This document shows positions 26,110 to 39,811 of a stretch of 64,000 bases of DNA, one piece after another; position 1 is the first letter of the stretch, and every line of letters begins with the position of its first letter. The stretch lies in assembly GCF_020745735.1 (NCBI RefSeq), contig NW_026867487.1:4791239-4855238 (forward strand), in the 5' to 3' direction. This DNA comes from Hemiscyllium ocellatum. Lineage: Eukaryota. The translations under genes were made by a program, and so were the position numbers. The notes below the pieces were generated by a model. The model was not told the origin of the DNA and did no database searches. It saw nothing but the letters and a program-made list of their open reading frames with translations.

Positions 26110-26655
26110 AGTTGAAACTAAGTGGTGCGGCCGCACTTGAATAATTGCGTATAGTTCCAATCACCACTTTAGAAAGGACGTGGACGATTTGGAAAGAGTT
26201 TTAGAAGGGGTTTATTGGGATGTTGCCAGTTACGGTTGGGAGGTCTTACATGGATAGGCTGAAGAACTTGAGGCTATTTTCATCGGAGCAAAGGAGGTTG
26301 AAAGATGAATTAATTGAGACATTGAAGATAATCAGAGGGTTAGATGGGGTGGACAGTGAGAGCCTTTTTCCTCATGGCGATGGCTAACACGACGGGGCAT
26401 GGCTTTAAACTGTGGAGTCATAGATATCTGACAGAAATCAGAGGTAGTTTCTTTACGCAGAGAGTTGGAGGGGCGTGGAACGCACTTCCTGCAACAGTAG
26501 TAGACTCGCCAACTTTAAGGGCACCCAAATGGTCATTGGAGAGGCATGTGGACGAGAACGGAATAATGTAGATTCGACGTGCTTCAAATTGGTTTCACAA
26601 TTCGGTGCAACATCGAAGGCCGAAGGGCCTGCACTACGCTGGAATGTTCTATGTT
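26110..26655 (+). mobile_element. CR1 LINE 3' fragment (paralog of 7790-8322)
   Basis: GHGFKL...RGSFFTQRVGGAWNALP; tail ATGTTCTATGTTCTA. Confidence 0.8.
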
Positions 26656-26935
26656 CTAAATGTGGACAGAAGTGGAGCGACAGATACGGTGCAAAATGAA
26701 AGCGAGTAGGGAACTTGCTAAATTTCAGGTTTATGCTTTTGTGTGTGTGTGCGTGTGCCTCTGGGTGTCTGTGTGTCTTTGGATGTGTTTTTCTGACTGA
26801 GCATCTATTTATGTATGTTTCTGCCTGTGTATATGTGTGGCTACCAATATGCTTTTCTGTGTGTTCATGTGCATCTACTTGTTTGTGTTTACTTGTGTGT
26901 GTGTCTGTATTTATCTTTGTCAGCTGGTCTTTGTG

Positions 26936-26973
<38 letters not shown>

Positions 26974-27279
26974 TGTGTGTGTGCATGTGTGTGTGTGTGT
27001 GTGTGTGCACGCACTTACGCGTGAATGGATGTGTCCATCGCAGTGTGCGAAGGAAATTACTTCTGGCTTGATGTTGAAAATATGACAGTGTCGAAGTTCT
27101 CTGCTTGTTGCTGTCTTCTGAATAAGATCATCTCGTTCCACCACCTGCTGTCGAAGAACGCATTTCAAAAACCATCATATTCTATTAAGAATGTTCAGTT
27201 TGGAAATTTTTTAAGGGCTACTTTTTACTATTCATGGCGTACTAGAACTAGGGTTTATAGTTTAAACTCATCCATTTTT

Positions 27280-28245
27280 AAACAACTATCCAATGTTCTG
27301 ATATCAATGATTTGGATGAGAATGTACAAGCCATTAACAGTACGTTTGTAGATGACACTAATATCGGAACTTTCATGGACAGTGAAGAAGGTTGTCAGAA
27401 ATTACAGCAGGAACTTGATCAGCTGGAGAAATGGTCCGGAAATCGCAAATGGAATTTGATATAGTCAAGTGTGACGCTTTGCATTTTGCAAAGTTAATTC
27501 AAAACAAGAACTTCATGCTGGATGGTAGGGCCTGAAGGAATGTATTCAACAGACATACCTTGGTGTTCAGGTGCACGGTTCTCTGAAAGTCACAGTTAGA
27601 CAGGACAATGAAAACGGTTTCGGCACACTAGCCTTCTTCATTCAGGGAAAGTGGAAATAATGTACAAATTGTATAGGAAGTTGGTGAGGCCGCATTTCGG
27701 GTATTGTGATCAGTCTGGTCACCTTGCGATATGAAGTAATTATTAAAATAGAAAGAGTGCAGAAGAAATTTACAAGCATATTCCCTGGACTCAATGGTCT
27801 GATTTACAAGGAGAGGTTGGAAAAACTAAAACATTTATCTTTAGAATGTAGGAGATTGAATGGAGCGGGAGTGGGGAGTGTGGAACTTATGAAGGTGTAC
27901 AAGACTATGAGAGGCATGGATGGTGTGAATTCACTGTCTTTTGTCCCAGGGTTGGAGAATCAAGAACTAAGCGGCTTTAGTTTAAGGAGAAAGAAGAAAA
28001 GGAACCGCGGGGTCAACTTTTTTAATGCAGAGGGTCGTACTCATGTGGAATGAAATGCCAGCGGAGGTGGCTGAGGCAGCTAGATTAGCAACTTTTAAAA
28101 GGCATTTAGACAAGTACATGGATAGGAAAGGATTAGGAAAGATATGGGTCAAGCGTAGGGAAATGGTATTAGGGTTGACTGATGGCTTCAGGCATTTGAG
28201 ACAGAGAGCCTGTTCCATAATGTAGGACTCTATGCCTCTATCCAT
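27280..28245 (+). mobile_element. CR1 LINE 3' fragment (paralog of 8900-9885)
   Basis: FVDDTNIG motif, ERVQKKFT, degenerate CR1 tail. Confidence 0.8.
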
Positions 28246-31200
28246 TTAAAGAGAGACGAGGGATAACTTATCTGTCAGAGCTTTGTGAGACTTGGGAATG
28301 TCCTTCTTCAAAAGGCAGTGGTCTTTATCGAGAGATGTCTTCAACTGATTCTGAATGTTTTCACCGTCACTGAGGGATGGAAACTTTTAAAATACTTTTC
28401 ATGCAGCAGGATAATACGTTCTAGGCGCTGGAACATCGTTCAAAATTCAACGTTTTGAAGCGTAGTCAGTGTATTTCTGAAATTGGGAATTTAATTTAAT
28501 TTTCAGGGATAATGATGCAAATAGAGATCTAGAGCTAAATCTCCCATGACAGAAGAAACATCAGCAATTACATTTATCAGTACAGCTGGATGAGTGGAAT
28601 GCCTGGATAACAGCAAGTTCTGTAGTTCTTGGAGGTATCCCAAAACTGAAAGAATTAATCAATGTTCACAAAATTCCGGATTGACCTGTGATTTAGTCCA
28701 AAATTAGCAGAAAGCCCGGCCTAGGCTTCTGTACTTAACATAAATTAGTATTGATTTCAAATAAATATATTCCAGATGCAGGTAAATAATTATAAATTCA
28801 TAATATATAACTCAATTGGTTGCAACTCTCACTGTCTTGAACAACTACTACCCTGTATTCCTTGAATGTAGAGAAACCAAGCATACAAAACATTTGTGCT
28901 ACAGGTGACAGGGAAAACTGGGCTGGTATTTTAATGTGTCCTGTTCACAGCGGTCCCTGTGTTGACACTTCTGGTTGGAGGACTTGCTGCTTCTTAGTCC
29001 GTCTTTTCCAGGCACATTCATTTCCTGGAGGTGGCTAACAATGATTGACACTGAACAATTCTGTCATTCCCACAGTGTCTAAGTGTGTGAGCAGATGATG
29101 TTGTCCGTTTGAACAATGCAGTGCGTTGCTGCCATTCCTCTGACATCATCCTCAACGACTTTTCCACTCTGCCTGTGCAATGGCATGAAGCCACCAGCAG
29201 GGGGTAGCATCGTATCACTTGGAGCATAGAGAACCAGGGACAGAAACTTTGACCAAACCTGTCTGCCGGGGAAGAGGTGGTGCTTTAATGTTTGCATTAC
29301 TTGCTGAGTTGAGGCACCCACATTGTTGTAAGCAAGAGTGTTCAAGGGTCTTAAACAAGTAATCATGAAAGCATGTGACTTAGGTCTAAGTAACGACCGA
29401 GTGTGGCCTGAAGTGTTCCTTTGTATCTCATGTCTTTGTCTTTCTAGGTGGAGAGGGCATGGGAAGGCTCTTTTGCAGGACACTTGGCGAATTACTGTAG
29501 TACATATTGTAGCGACACTTCTGCAACTGTGCATTAGTGATAAGGCAATGAATATTGGACCTGCTGGCCTCGGTGAAAATCCAGCATGTTTTAGTGCTTT
29601 TCTGCATTTCATCTATATCAGCAACTTACACAGTCCACATTTATGATTCTTCTGAGATTCCATGCATCTTCTCTTTTGCCATTTAATCAGGCTTTTGGTC
29701 AATCCTTTGTTGAATTCTAAATTGTTTTCAAGGATTTGGCTTCTCACTTTTTGCCGCCTTGCAAGCCATACAGTGTACATGTCTTCAATCTTTCGCTAGC
29801 CATAGCTAATTTATTTTTCCAGCTGCACATCGCTGTTTCCGACGAACACATTATAATTACAGATCATATAATACCTTTTCAATCACTCAGTACTGCCTGT
29901 GTACTTGCAACTTATTTTGTGTATTTTGGAAATCCATCATGAACAATTTGCCACTCCAAATTTTACAGTTTCCATTGTTCAGCTTTGACACTCTATTTCC
30001 AGTATGAATAATGTCACTTTGAATGTCGATTAAAAATTGCACCTCATTATGAACTCTATTCAACAGAACGTCTGATGAGCAAAGTTACTGCTGCCGGAAG
30101 CGCCACCTGAAAAAATGAACTTATGATGACACTAATACACTTAACATGGAGTTACAAAAGATTAACAATGATTTCCCACAAGCGTGCTGGGAAATCGAAC
30201 TAAGCCTTGACTAAAGTCACAGTGCTAATCCACATGATGCAGAATTCCTACACCTTGCTGCTGCTGCCCATAGACCGTTTGTAAACAAACCTGACAGCTG
30301 CAGACACTGCAATACACAACTGAAGTTGGATTTGGATAGGATAATGGAATGTCGCCCTCGGGACAATTGGGAGCAGTGAGTCTTTCGCTAAACAGAGAGG
30401 CACCTAGCACCCTAATTTGGAGGAGGTTACGTGCACCCAACAACTATCGTATTGGACGCCTAAGGGCTACCCTGCCATCAACGTGAAATCACATGTCTGG
30501 GTCTGACCAATCGGGCTAATCAGACCTGATCAATCCGTTGGCAGATCCTCAAAATCCGCCCAAAAGACCGCGAAGCCTCTGAAGGAGAGCAGTCACCACA
30601 AAACCCCACTCAGGATCGTAACTCGAGAATAACCATCGAAAGGGAATGTACCTTTAAGGCCACCTGAAGAAGGGGAAATCATCACCACATGGAGCCTGGC
30701 CAACTTTGAGTGCAGTGGTATGCGAACATTCAAAGTTAAATTAAAGCAGAAGATAGGTCGTTGTGTTATTTCATTTGCTTGTGGTTCTGATGCTAATTAT
30801 GTCCAATAAACGAATATCATTTTCTCTAAGAGTCGACTCACAGTTCTTTTGCTGTGTAGAAGAACTCAAGCACACTGTGCGGCAGGTACAACCTTATTAA
30901 TTTTTCTCTTACTTCAACCAATGCTATACCTAAAACAAGCTGATTGTAATTAGGTACTTCAACGTTTTGCTTCAGAAAGGTTCACAGCGAACTCCAGAAA
31001 TTAATCTTCCATAGATTTCGTCAATGGATTTCCAGCTCTGGTGGGTAATTGAATCCCTTGCCACAGTCCTCACATATTCATGGTTCCTCCTTGACAATAT
31101 CGTCTTTGTGTCTGTCGAGGAGGTGATCAATAGAATCCATGACCACGCACAGGTTAACCATCGTATCTCCCTGCTGTGAATGCTTGTCAAACTTCCTGAT

Positions 31201-31954
31201 GAGTTAAATTTCCTTTCTCAGTAAGGCTGCGTTCACATTCATAATATGAAATATAATTGTAGCTGCTGGGGATCTGAAACATACAGACGGTTGTGTTTGT
31301 GATTTGTTCCTGACTTAAAGTAAAGTGGCAAGTTTAACTTTCCAGTTTGAAAATGACACTTGACAATTCTCCAACATTTAAACCTGTTTGTATTACCTTT
31401 CTTATTTTTGACTTTTGAGATATGCCTGATTCCTTCTAACGAATTAAAATGAGCTGGAATACATTACCTGAAATGATGATCAGTAAATCTTCAATGGGAA
31501 CTTCAAAAGGAAATGGAAAGCATATTTGAAAAGGAAAGCTTTGGAGAAAGTCCACAAAAGTGGGCGTAGATAACCTATTAGTATTAACGCTAGATTATCA
31601 TCGCAGAGAGTCAGTTAATGATCTGGGAAGCGGGATTAGAATCCCACCAAACCGGATGATAAAATTTGAATTGAATAAAATTTAAAAATCTGTATGTGAG
31701 ATTCTAACAATGACCATGTTTTTGTCAGTTGATTGACGTAATTCAATGATGTAATTCGGAATATCCTCTGCCCTCACCTGGTCTGTCCCATATGTAACTC
31801 CAGATCCACAACACTGGTCTGGTAAGCTACTCTTTTTAGAGATGTCATGGAATCCCTGCAGTGTGAAAAAAGGACATTTGACTCAGCAAATCCACATCCC
31901 TCTCTGAAATGTAACCGTTCCAGACTCAACCCCATAACTCTACATCACCCGCGA

Positions 31955-32167
31955 CACATTGCTGAGCACTATGGATAATTTTAGCCTGGCCAATTCACCT
32001 AATCTGCACATATTTCGATAGTGACAGGAAACCAGCGCACCCGGAAAAAAGCCACGCAAACACGGGAAATGTGCAAACTCCACGCAGACGGGAGCCCGAG
32101 GCTAGAAATGAATGCCAGTCCCTGGTGCTGTGAGGCAGCTGTGCTGACACTGAGCCATCGTGCCACC
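31955..32167 (-). mobile_element. HE1-type (tRNA-derived) elasmobranch SINE
   Basis: Minus strand GGTGGCACGATGGCTCAGTGTCAGCACAGCTGCCTCACAGCACCAGGGAC...GGAGTTTGCACAT...TTAGGTGAATTGGCC. Confidence 0.8.
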
Positions 32168-33264
32168 GACATTTACGGATGTCTTTGAAGTCTCAAGAAA
32201 GGCATGCAATGGCATGATCCACGTGGAATCGAGTGAGGCATCCGAAACAAAACCCAGCAAAAAGAGTAATGTGGGCTCTGCAAAGTTGGCCTTTCGAATG
32301 TCTGGGGAAGTAGTGCCAAAGTTTGACAGCTGTCTTACAGACTAGTCAAGCATCAGCCTGACAGATGCATAACTATGGAATCATATCTGATCGACAAAAT
32401 CTCAGACACAACGATTACACTCCCTGGGTAAGCCCTGTCACACCTGCAGGACAGTTTGAGCTGAGGCAGCCACGCCATTGGATGCAATCAAGAGGGATTT
32501 GCTCTCACAATCCTCGGTATTATCTCCACACCGTATGAAGTCACATGGCCTAAGGTTATTCGTGCCCAAGTACATCTCCTGCTGATCAACGCATACTGTC
32601 CGACCTTCAGTGATGAATTTGTCGTTCTCCATATTGCCTCTATCTGAGTGTGTGCGTGTATGTGTGTGTATGTGTGTGTGTGTGAGTGTGCGCGTGCGTG
32701 TTTTGGATGCATCAAATTGTTTTGCAAGAACGGTTCAAAAGGGTGAATGCCATCATCCTGTTGCAATTCATCACGACCGCGTGAAGATGTCTACGGCAAG
32801 TAATTTAATCAATTCTCACTTCTAAAAGTTCCAGATTGGATGCCAAAGTATCTTTGAAAACTGATATAACCTGAAATCCGGTTGGTGGAGTGTTTCATGC
32901 GTTGAAACTTTTAACATTCATGGGATGAAAATTGTTTCTGTTTAAAGTCAGCAAACTATTAAAACACAATGAGCCGCACTGGTACCACAACTCAGTTTCG
33001 AAAAAGGTAACTGCTTGTCATTTCCCCACTGAGCTTCACGCAGTAACAATTAACTCCGGATCTTGACTGTACACATTGACTGAGACCTGAGTAATAAAAT
33101 AGTTTTGAAAAATTTCTCCTTTTATCTTAGCTACAGAGAAAGATCAATCTCTCGGAATGGAGGCTGATCGATAGCTGCAGAAAATATAGTGTAATGGCGG
33201 AAGGAGATATAATGGCTTAATGCATAGGAAAGAGAATCTAGGTGAGCAAGACAGCCAGGGAAGA

Positions 33265-33302
33265 GATTGGAGAGAGTCAGCTGCAGCTGACTAGTGACGT
33301 CA
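33265..33302 (+). promoter_or_regulatory. Promoter module of V-E: inverted CCAAT, double E-box palindrome, CRE/TCR-V decamer
   Basis: GATTGG (33265-33270), AGTCAGCTGCAGCTGACT (33275-33292), AGTGACGTCA (33293-33302), about 140 nt upstream of the ATG. Confidence 0.7.
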
Positions 33303-33440
33303 TATCTAGAAACGAGGCAATTGGATCAAGGGAACAAATGTCTCACTTGTCCAGAAAGTGAAGATTGGTTCTGATCGGGGTTCAGTTCCTCATGTAAGAT
33401 CAGAAGGTCAAAATATTGTGAGAAGTGCCGAACCTGAAAT

Positions 33441-33875
33441 ATGTGCTTTTTATGTGCTTCACTGATACTTATGACAGTGGTGACAGGTAAGTGTGATCTA
33501 AAATCGTCAAGATGCGCTTCATCAGTTCGACCTTCAAATTTTTGACAACTTCATTGTTTTCATTGCAGATGCGAGTGGCCAAGATTCAGTTTCCCAGCAT
33601 CCACTTGAAAAAACGGTTCAAGAAGGAGAGACTGTAATCCTCAACTGTAATTACTCAGCACAGTCCACTACTGCAGTGCTCTTTTGGTACATCCAGTATC
33701 CCGGGGAGGCTCCTGGATATTTACTGAAAAGATTCAACAAGGAAGAAGGACAAACGTCTCCAGCTTTCTCTGACAGGTTCTTTTCTACTCTGGACAAAAA
33801 GCAGAAAACGTTTCCTTTAAATATCACTGCTGCTCTTGTATCTGTCTCTGCCGTCTATCACTGTGCGCTGAGTCT
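33441..33875 (+). CDS. TRAV: TCR alpha/delta V segment, family E (leader 33441-33486, V exon 33569-33875)
   Basis: MCFLCASLILMTVVT-D; donor AG|GTAAGT; 82-nt intron; ASGQDSVSQHPLEKTVQEGETVILNCNYS...LFWYIQYPGEAP...SVSAVYHCALSL; conserved FR3 Asp changed to Val and YYC to YHC. Confidence 0.9.
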
Positions 33876-33914
33876 CACGCTGATCAAGAGTTGCAGTCAG
33901 TCCGTACAAAAACT
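33876..33914 (+). other. 23-RSS of E
   Basis: CACGCTG, 23 nt, ACAAAAACT. Confidence 0.88.
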
Positions 33915-34174
33915 AGCCAGACACACACATGACCCCCCATTCCCTACCTGCATCTTCAGCCACCTTTCTGATATGTCGCTGGATTGTCAGCTGATAAGAC
34001 ATTGGAAACAAAACAACAAACATCAGTATATCCAAAATCTCCCTTTAGGCAATTCACATTGTGCGCTTTTCTACATGAAGACTTCTTATATCGATGTGCC
34101 AGTTGCTGGTGATGAGTAAGCAGTTCTCGTATTCTTGAGCCAATGACACAAAGTAATAGAAGCTGGAGATGTCC

Positions 34175-34790
34175 ATTTCTCCCATCAAACCCGCTCCGCC
34201 GTTCATTAAGATCTATCCATTGCCTTGGCTACTCCGACTTGCATTGTCACCATCACCCTTATTTTGCTGAATATGCATAAACACATTCAAACGTGTCTTG
34301 AATTAATTTAAGGAAGCTGCTTGTCCTGCTTCCAGAGGCAGGGAATTCCACTGTCTCCGCGAAATGCAGTTCCACCCTTTACACTACCCTACATCCAGTC
34401 CCAGTAATCTTGAGAACATGTCCTCTAGTCCTAGTCTCACCCACCAGCGGAAATAACTTGTCTCCATCTATCTAATGCATCCCTTTCATAATTTTATGCG
34501 TACAACAAGGTCGCTTCTTATTCTTCTAAATTCGAGCGAGTGCAGTCCAAGGCGAATCAACGTCCACTCTCGAGTAAGCAAGACCCCCCCCCCCGCCCCA
34601 CCCTACACCCCCCGCCTCATCCGTGCAATCATTCTGGCGAACATCCTCTGCACCGCCTCCAAAACAAGTAAATTCAACTTCAAGTAAGGAGACTAGAACT
34701 GCGCACAATGCTCCCGGTATGGACTCACCAACACCTTGCACAATTGCAGCAGAATCTCCCTGCTCTTGAATTCAATCTTTATTAAATATT
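34175..34790 (-). mobile_element. CR1/L2 LINE 3' fragment
   Basis: Paralog of 13965-14505 with the same RT C-terminal motifs on the minus strand. Confidence 0.7.
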
Positions 34791-35238
34791 TACCATGAGT
34801 GACAAGGGCTGACTTTGTTAAAGAGGAGACTTGAAGTTAGTGCTCCCATCAGCTATATTCAGTGATGAGTAAGTATTTCTTGCCCTGGGGTAGAGGACAT
34901 TTTGGGTCGATATTGGTAGATTCATTCCTCAAAAAGACACATGAGATTTGAGTAGTCTGCCAAAATTTGGAAGTTATATGAATCAAACACCATATTGTTC
35001 ACTAGTGGAGAATGTTAGACAGAGCAAACGGCCTCCCCTATTTCCCAGTGGGTTTCATGCTGTCAACACGTCAAGGACTGGAGAATAAAGCGGCTGTTGG
35101 CCGATTGGATGCTATATGCTGATTCTGACAGAGGTGAACCATTCGGCAGCGAGACCGGATATGACACACCATTGACTGCCAGCTCAAAAGAATCAGCTTC
35201 AAATCTCTTCGAGCTAAGCCGCCATCTGTTCTGCAAAC

Positions 35239-35753
35239 ATGTGGATTCTTACTATTTACTCGTTTCTCACTACTGCAACGCTCTTAACAGGCAAGTTTCT
35301 GAGTTGTAAAACATTCCCTTCTCGGTAAAATATCTATAGCAATCTTCGATTTGTCTGTGTTTCCCTCTATTACAGTATATGCGTTGACTCGGTAACATTC
35401 ATAGTGATCGTCATTTTAATGTCATTTTCTTTCAATATTTGCACAGGTGTTAATTGTGCCGATTCGATCTCACAGAAACCGGTTACAGTGATACAATCTG
35501 AAAGAGATTCAGTCACCATTCATTTCAGATATTCGACCACATATAGCACGTACACGTTGCAACTGTACCTTCAGGACCCGGGGAAGTCTCCAATATTCTT
35601 AATCTACGTTGACAACTTTGACAATATCATCAGAGGAGAAAGGGTGTCGGATCGATTTTCTGCATCTTTGGACAAGTCAAAAAATGAGGGGAATTTCACC
35701 ATCTATGAACTGCAGCTGTCTGACAGCGCAGTATATTACTGCGGACTGAGACA
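35239..35753 (+). CDS. Family A copy 3 (leader 35239-35290 with GC donor, V exon 35447-35753); lacks Cys23 and Trp41
   Basis: MWILTIYSFLTTATLLT-G; donor AG|GCAAGT; open V exon ...VTIHFRY...QLYLQ...LSDSAVYYCGLRH. Confidence 0.85.
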
Positions 35754-35792
35754 CACAGTGACAGGAACCAGGCTGAGCCTCGTACAATAACA
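35754..35792 (+). other. 23-RSS of A3
   Basis: CACAGTG, 23 nt, ACAATAACA. Confidence 0.88.
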
Positions 35793-36510
35793 GCGACCCA
35801 ATGGAACAAAGTGCAAAGTGTGGCTAGTCGAGTCGAGAGTAACATTTACTTCCTATTTTTATACCAGAATGAGCCAAGTTCATGTAAAACGAAATAATTA
35901 ACACAGAGTGGTCAAGGGGTACAGCATCCGTGAAGGATCTCTCTCCTCAATTTATGCTGAATACATTTGAGTAAAAAGCAAACATGCCTTTGGAGAATTT
36001 ATGCCATTGGGCAAATGAAAGGGTTTGCAATAGAATTACTGTTAGAAATATCTGGCATTGTGCTCCAGTCAGTGATGGAGGTGCACACCAGAAATCATGA
36101 AAGATCAGCTTCAGAACTATGTACGGCATAAAATAAAATGACAAAAGAAACTTGACATTCAATCAATGTTGTGCAATGCGTCCAATATCAAAAGCAATCC
36201 TATCATTCTTCCTGATATATTTCAATTTGGGTTTTGTCCTCGGTCTGGTTTTTGATCATCTATGAGCTACTCCAGGAACCTGCAGCTCACTTCTCCTGTG
36301 CAATAGATTATTGCCGAACTAATGTTTGTTCATCAGCTTCCTGTCTTGAAAATAATGTCACGGCAACATTTAATATTGTAGATCTTTGTCCTAATGTGTA
36401 TAAATATCTTTGACATTGAGAGATGTACACTCTGGTTGCTACAATGGTTTGGACTGTGACAGGACATGCTCAGTGCCCACTGTAAATTGGTATTACATAT
36501 TGCAACTATT

Positions 36511-37125
36511 TAGAGTCATAGAGATGTACAGCATGGAAACAGACCCTTCGTTCTGACCGTCCATATTGTCCAGATATCCCAACCCAGTCTGGTCTCACCT
36601 GTCAGCACCCAGCCCACATCCTTCCAAACCCTTCATTTTCATGTACCCATCCAAATGCCTCTTAAGTGTTGCAATTGTACCAGCCTCCACCACTTCATCC
36701 GGCAGCTCATTCCATACACGTACCACCCTCTGTGTGATAAAGTTGCCTTTTAGGTCTTTTTTATATCTTTCCCCTCTCACCCTAAACCTATGCCCTCTAC
36801 TTCTGGACTACCCGGCCCCAGGGAATGAAAACTTTGAGTATTTACCTTATCCATGCCCTCCATAATTGTGTAAACATCTATAAGGTCACCCCTCCGCCCT
36901 GATGCCCAGGGAAAACAGTCCCAGCCTGATCAGCCTCGGCCTATAGCTCCAATCCACCAACCCTGGCAACATCCTTGTAAATCTTTGCTGAACCATTTCA
37001 CATTTCACAACATCTTTCCGATTGGAAGGAGACCGGAATTGCATGCAATATTCCAATAGTGGCCTGGCCAATGTCCTGTAAAGGCGCAACATGACCCCCA
37101 CCCTCCAACTCCTGCGCTCAATACT
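36511..37125 (-). mobile_element. CR1 LINE 3' fragment, unit-3-specific
   Basis: Minus ORFs LYRTLARPLLEYCMQF and KGNFITQRVVRVWNELP; tail reverse complement TAGAGTCATAGAG; empty site in units 1, 2 and 4. Confidence 0.85.
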
Positions 37126-39772
37126 TTGAATGAAATATTTCTGGAACGGTTGGACTGAGATATATCCCGTTCGAAATTGGAGATAGACCTCAAAGGGCAA
37201 AATACAGCCAATTCAGAAGCAGACAGTTTAGAATGATGAGAGGAACAATAACATTGAGATTGTCAATGTCACGCCTCTGGCTTTCAGTTTTCACCTACAT
37301 AGTGAAGATTGGGAGATCAGATTATACGAAATTAATTTTCACCAATGCACCTCAGTAGCATGGAGAGCATTGGTGTTAATGTTGCGTTCTTCCAACCATT
37401 GTGGCAAAAGCTGAGAAAACTCCACTCGAAGGAAACGTTTTAAAAAGGAGTCATATCAGACTCAAAACATAACACTACTTTGTTTTTGACAGATACTGCA
37501 AGATTTGCTGAAGCTCTGTAGCTGCTATAGTTTCTGACTGTATTTCACATTTCTCAACGATTACATCATCGTACCATTCCTACGCAGTGGTAGCACTTTA
37601 TGGTTTAAATTCACTTGTTTTTTTGTGTGTGAATACAAAGCAGTCTTTGCAGATTCCTTCGAACATTGCTATGATTGACTTTATTTCAAGTCGGGGGAGA
37701 AAGTGACGAGCGCATCATTCCAGATGAAGAGCTTAAGCTCGGAACGTTGACTCTCCTGATCTGCCTAACCTGCTGTGCTTTTCCAGTGCCACGCTTTTGA
37801 CTTTGTTTCAATTCGCCACATCAACGTATTGGGTGAAGTTTTCAATAAGCATTAATCACGCCTCGATTACACTTGTTTTAATATGTTTTATTCATAAAAC
37901 ATACTGAGTCAAAACTCTTTGTGCATATACATTGAAAGTAAAAAAACCCATTCAGTTCTGCACAGTTGCATATCAAGTAAATACACAGAAGGTTCGAGTT
38001 TGATTATATACAAAACCAAAGACCTCTCTTGCACATGCAGCAGTACTATTTATATATAGTTGACACACTAGGGGAGAGTCCAATAACTGAATTGACCCTC
38101 ATTTACCTTCAGCAGGATGACCTCGGACGGTTGTCTTTCCCCCAGTGTGTCTTGCCACAATCTTTAATGCGGACCGCAGCATGTACTCCTGGTCATTGGA
38201 ATATCTTAATCCATAACACTCTATCAGAGTCAATTCCTTCTTCTGGACGACGAACAAGGCACGGACAGACCAAAGAGAGTCTTTCAATGTCTGGATGGTC
38301 CACAAGATACAATTGATTTAAAGGTTTGTGTCCGAGGGAACAGAGGGAACAGACCGTGGGGTATATGGAGCTGCTCAGGACAAACCTCAACAAAACTATT
38401 CCATTTTCCTCCACACTTACTTGGCAAAGGTACATTGCAGCAGGAGATGTGTGCCAGTCTCAAACGCTCGGCAGCCAGTTCAACGGCAGTGTGTGGTGAC
38501 ACAGGCAGACCATGCATGCACGGTCGTGCCCTTCCCAACACCAGACAAGCGATGTCTTCAAATAGGGGTTGTATTGAAAATGCTGTCTCAATTCTGAGGA
38601 AGGGGCACAGGACACAAAATGTAAATTTTAATTTCTTTTCACAGATGCCACCAGACATGCTGAGCTTTTCCAGAAACCCCAGCTTTTGTATCAGTATCAC
38701 TCCACTCGTTTAATGACCCCAAGGGAAGCCCCCTGCAGTCACTGATAAGTGTCCAGACTGTGAGATGAACAGAATCCTGGAGGAGGCATACGTCCGAGAA
38801 TAAACTAAATCGATTCAAAAATTCCTACCGTTTGGCTTATAATACCATCTGTAACTTTCTCTCAAAGTAAGTCACCATCTTACCGAGAACAGTATATATT
38901 CTTTCACAGTTGCTGAGTCAAAATTCTTGAACTCCCTTGCTAACAGCACTGTGAGTTTCCTTCCATCTCAAGGAGTTCAGCGGTCCAAGAGGCAGATCAC
39001 CTTCACCTTCTACAATGCAATTTGTGGTCATAATAGTATTCGGTTTCTCTTAAATGCCTCCAGAGGGAGGACAGGATCGTCTCGACCTTATACAATTGAC
39101 ATAATCAGAAGTGAACGATTGGGAACAATCAACAAATTTAGGTGTTGGGTGAAGAATGTTCATTTCCAGACAGCCCAGCAAGCAGAAACCACATGCGAAT
39201 AAGACTTCCACTGGTCACTTTGCCTCATTAATTAGCCGCTATTCAGTGTGCTGTTTGGTTAGTGTTATTCAGATCGGAGTTACATTCCACTTGCTGTTAG
39301 TATTTGAATGCAAGCCTGCATTATCCTGGGCCTACGAATCTGTCTCTCTCAATTTCGAAACTGTTAATATGCAGCTGCAGAGGCAGGACCTCAATACAGC
39401 ACAAAATGTTTGATGTTATTCAGGTTGCTCGAGCGATGCACGTGGCCGATCAGAGTCACGTGACCGATCATTGTTTCATTAAACAAAAACTTAGGATTTT
39501 ATTGGACGTAACTCGTTGCTGCATTTTCTACGTCGTTCATTGCAGGAAACGTGGAACGTTTTGGGACATTTCAAAAGGCATGAAATCATGCATTCACTTT
39601 TCATTCACTAAACTGACAGCTTTTGTTTATTTCAATAATATATTTATAACGAATAAAGTCATGTATTCAAGTGAAAAAGTATCAGATTTTACGCGAATTT
39701 GGGTACAATTTCAGATCCACTCTTGATCTCACCGTTTGCCTGACACACTGTCATGTTCAGTGACTCCCTGAC

Positions 39773-39811
39773 AGTTTTGGTACAGGGTCGGCCCAGTTCT
39801 AAGTCTCCGTG
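39773..39811 (-). other. 23-RSS of B3
   Basis: Minus strand CACGGAG, 23 nt, ACCAAAACT. Confidence 0.85.

Larger units (their letters stand above)
15390..35060. repeat. Segmental duplication unit 2 (A pseudogene, B pseudogene, D, E)
   Basis: Colinear with unit 1, plus a Penelope insertion and the 1.9-kb E segment. Confidence 0.85.

Noticed and set aside
29079-29646. Long ORFs on both strands as a novel gene
   Set aside because: The unit-1 paralog (about 10750-11270) is frameshifted with stops; probably a decayed repeat of unidentified class.
32438-32632. ORF with EGRTV as a V relic
   Set aside because: No C23/W41/C104 spacing; adjacent to SINE and microsatellite.
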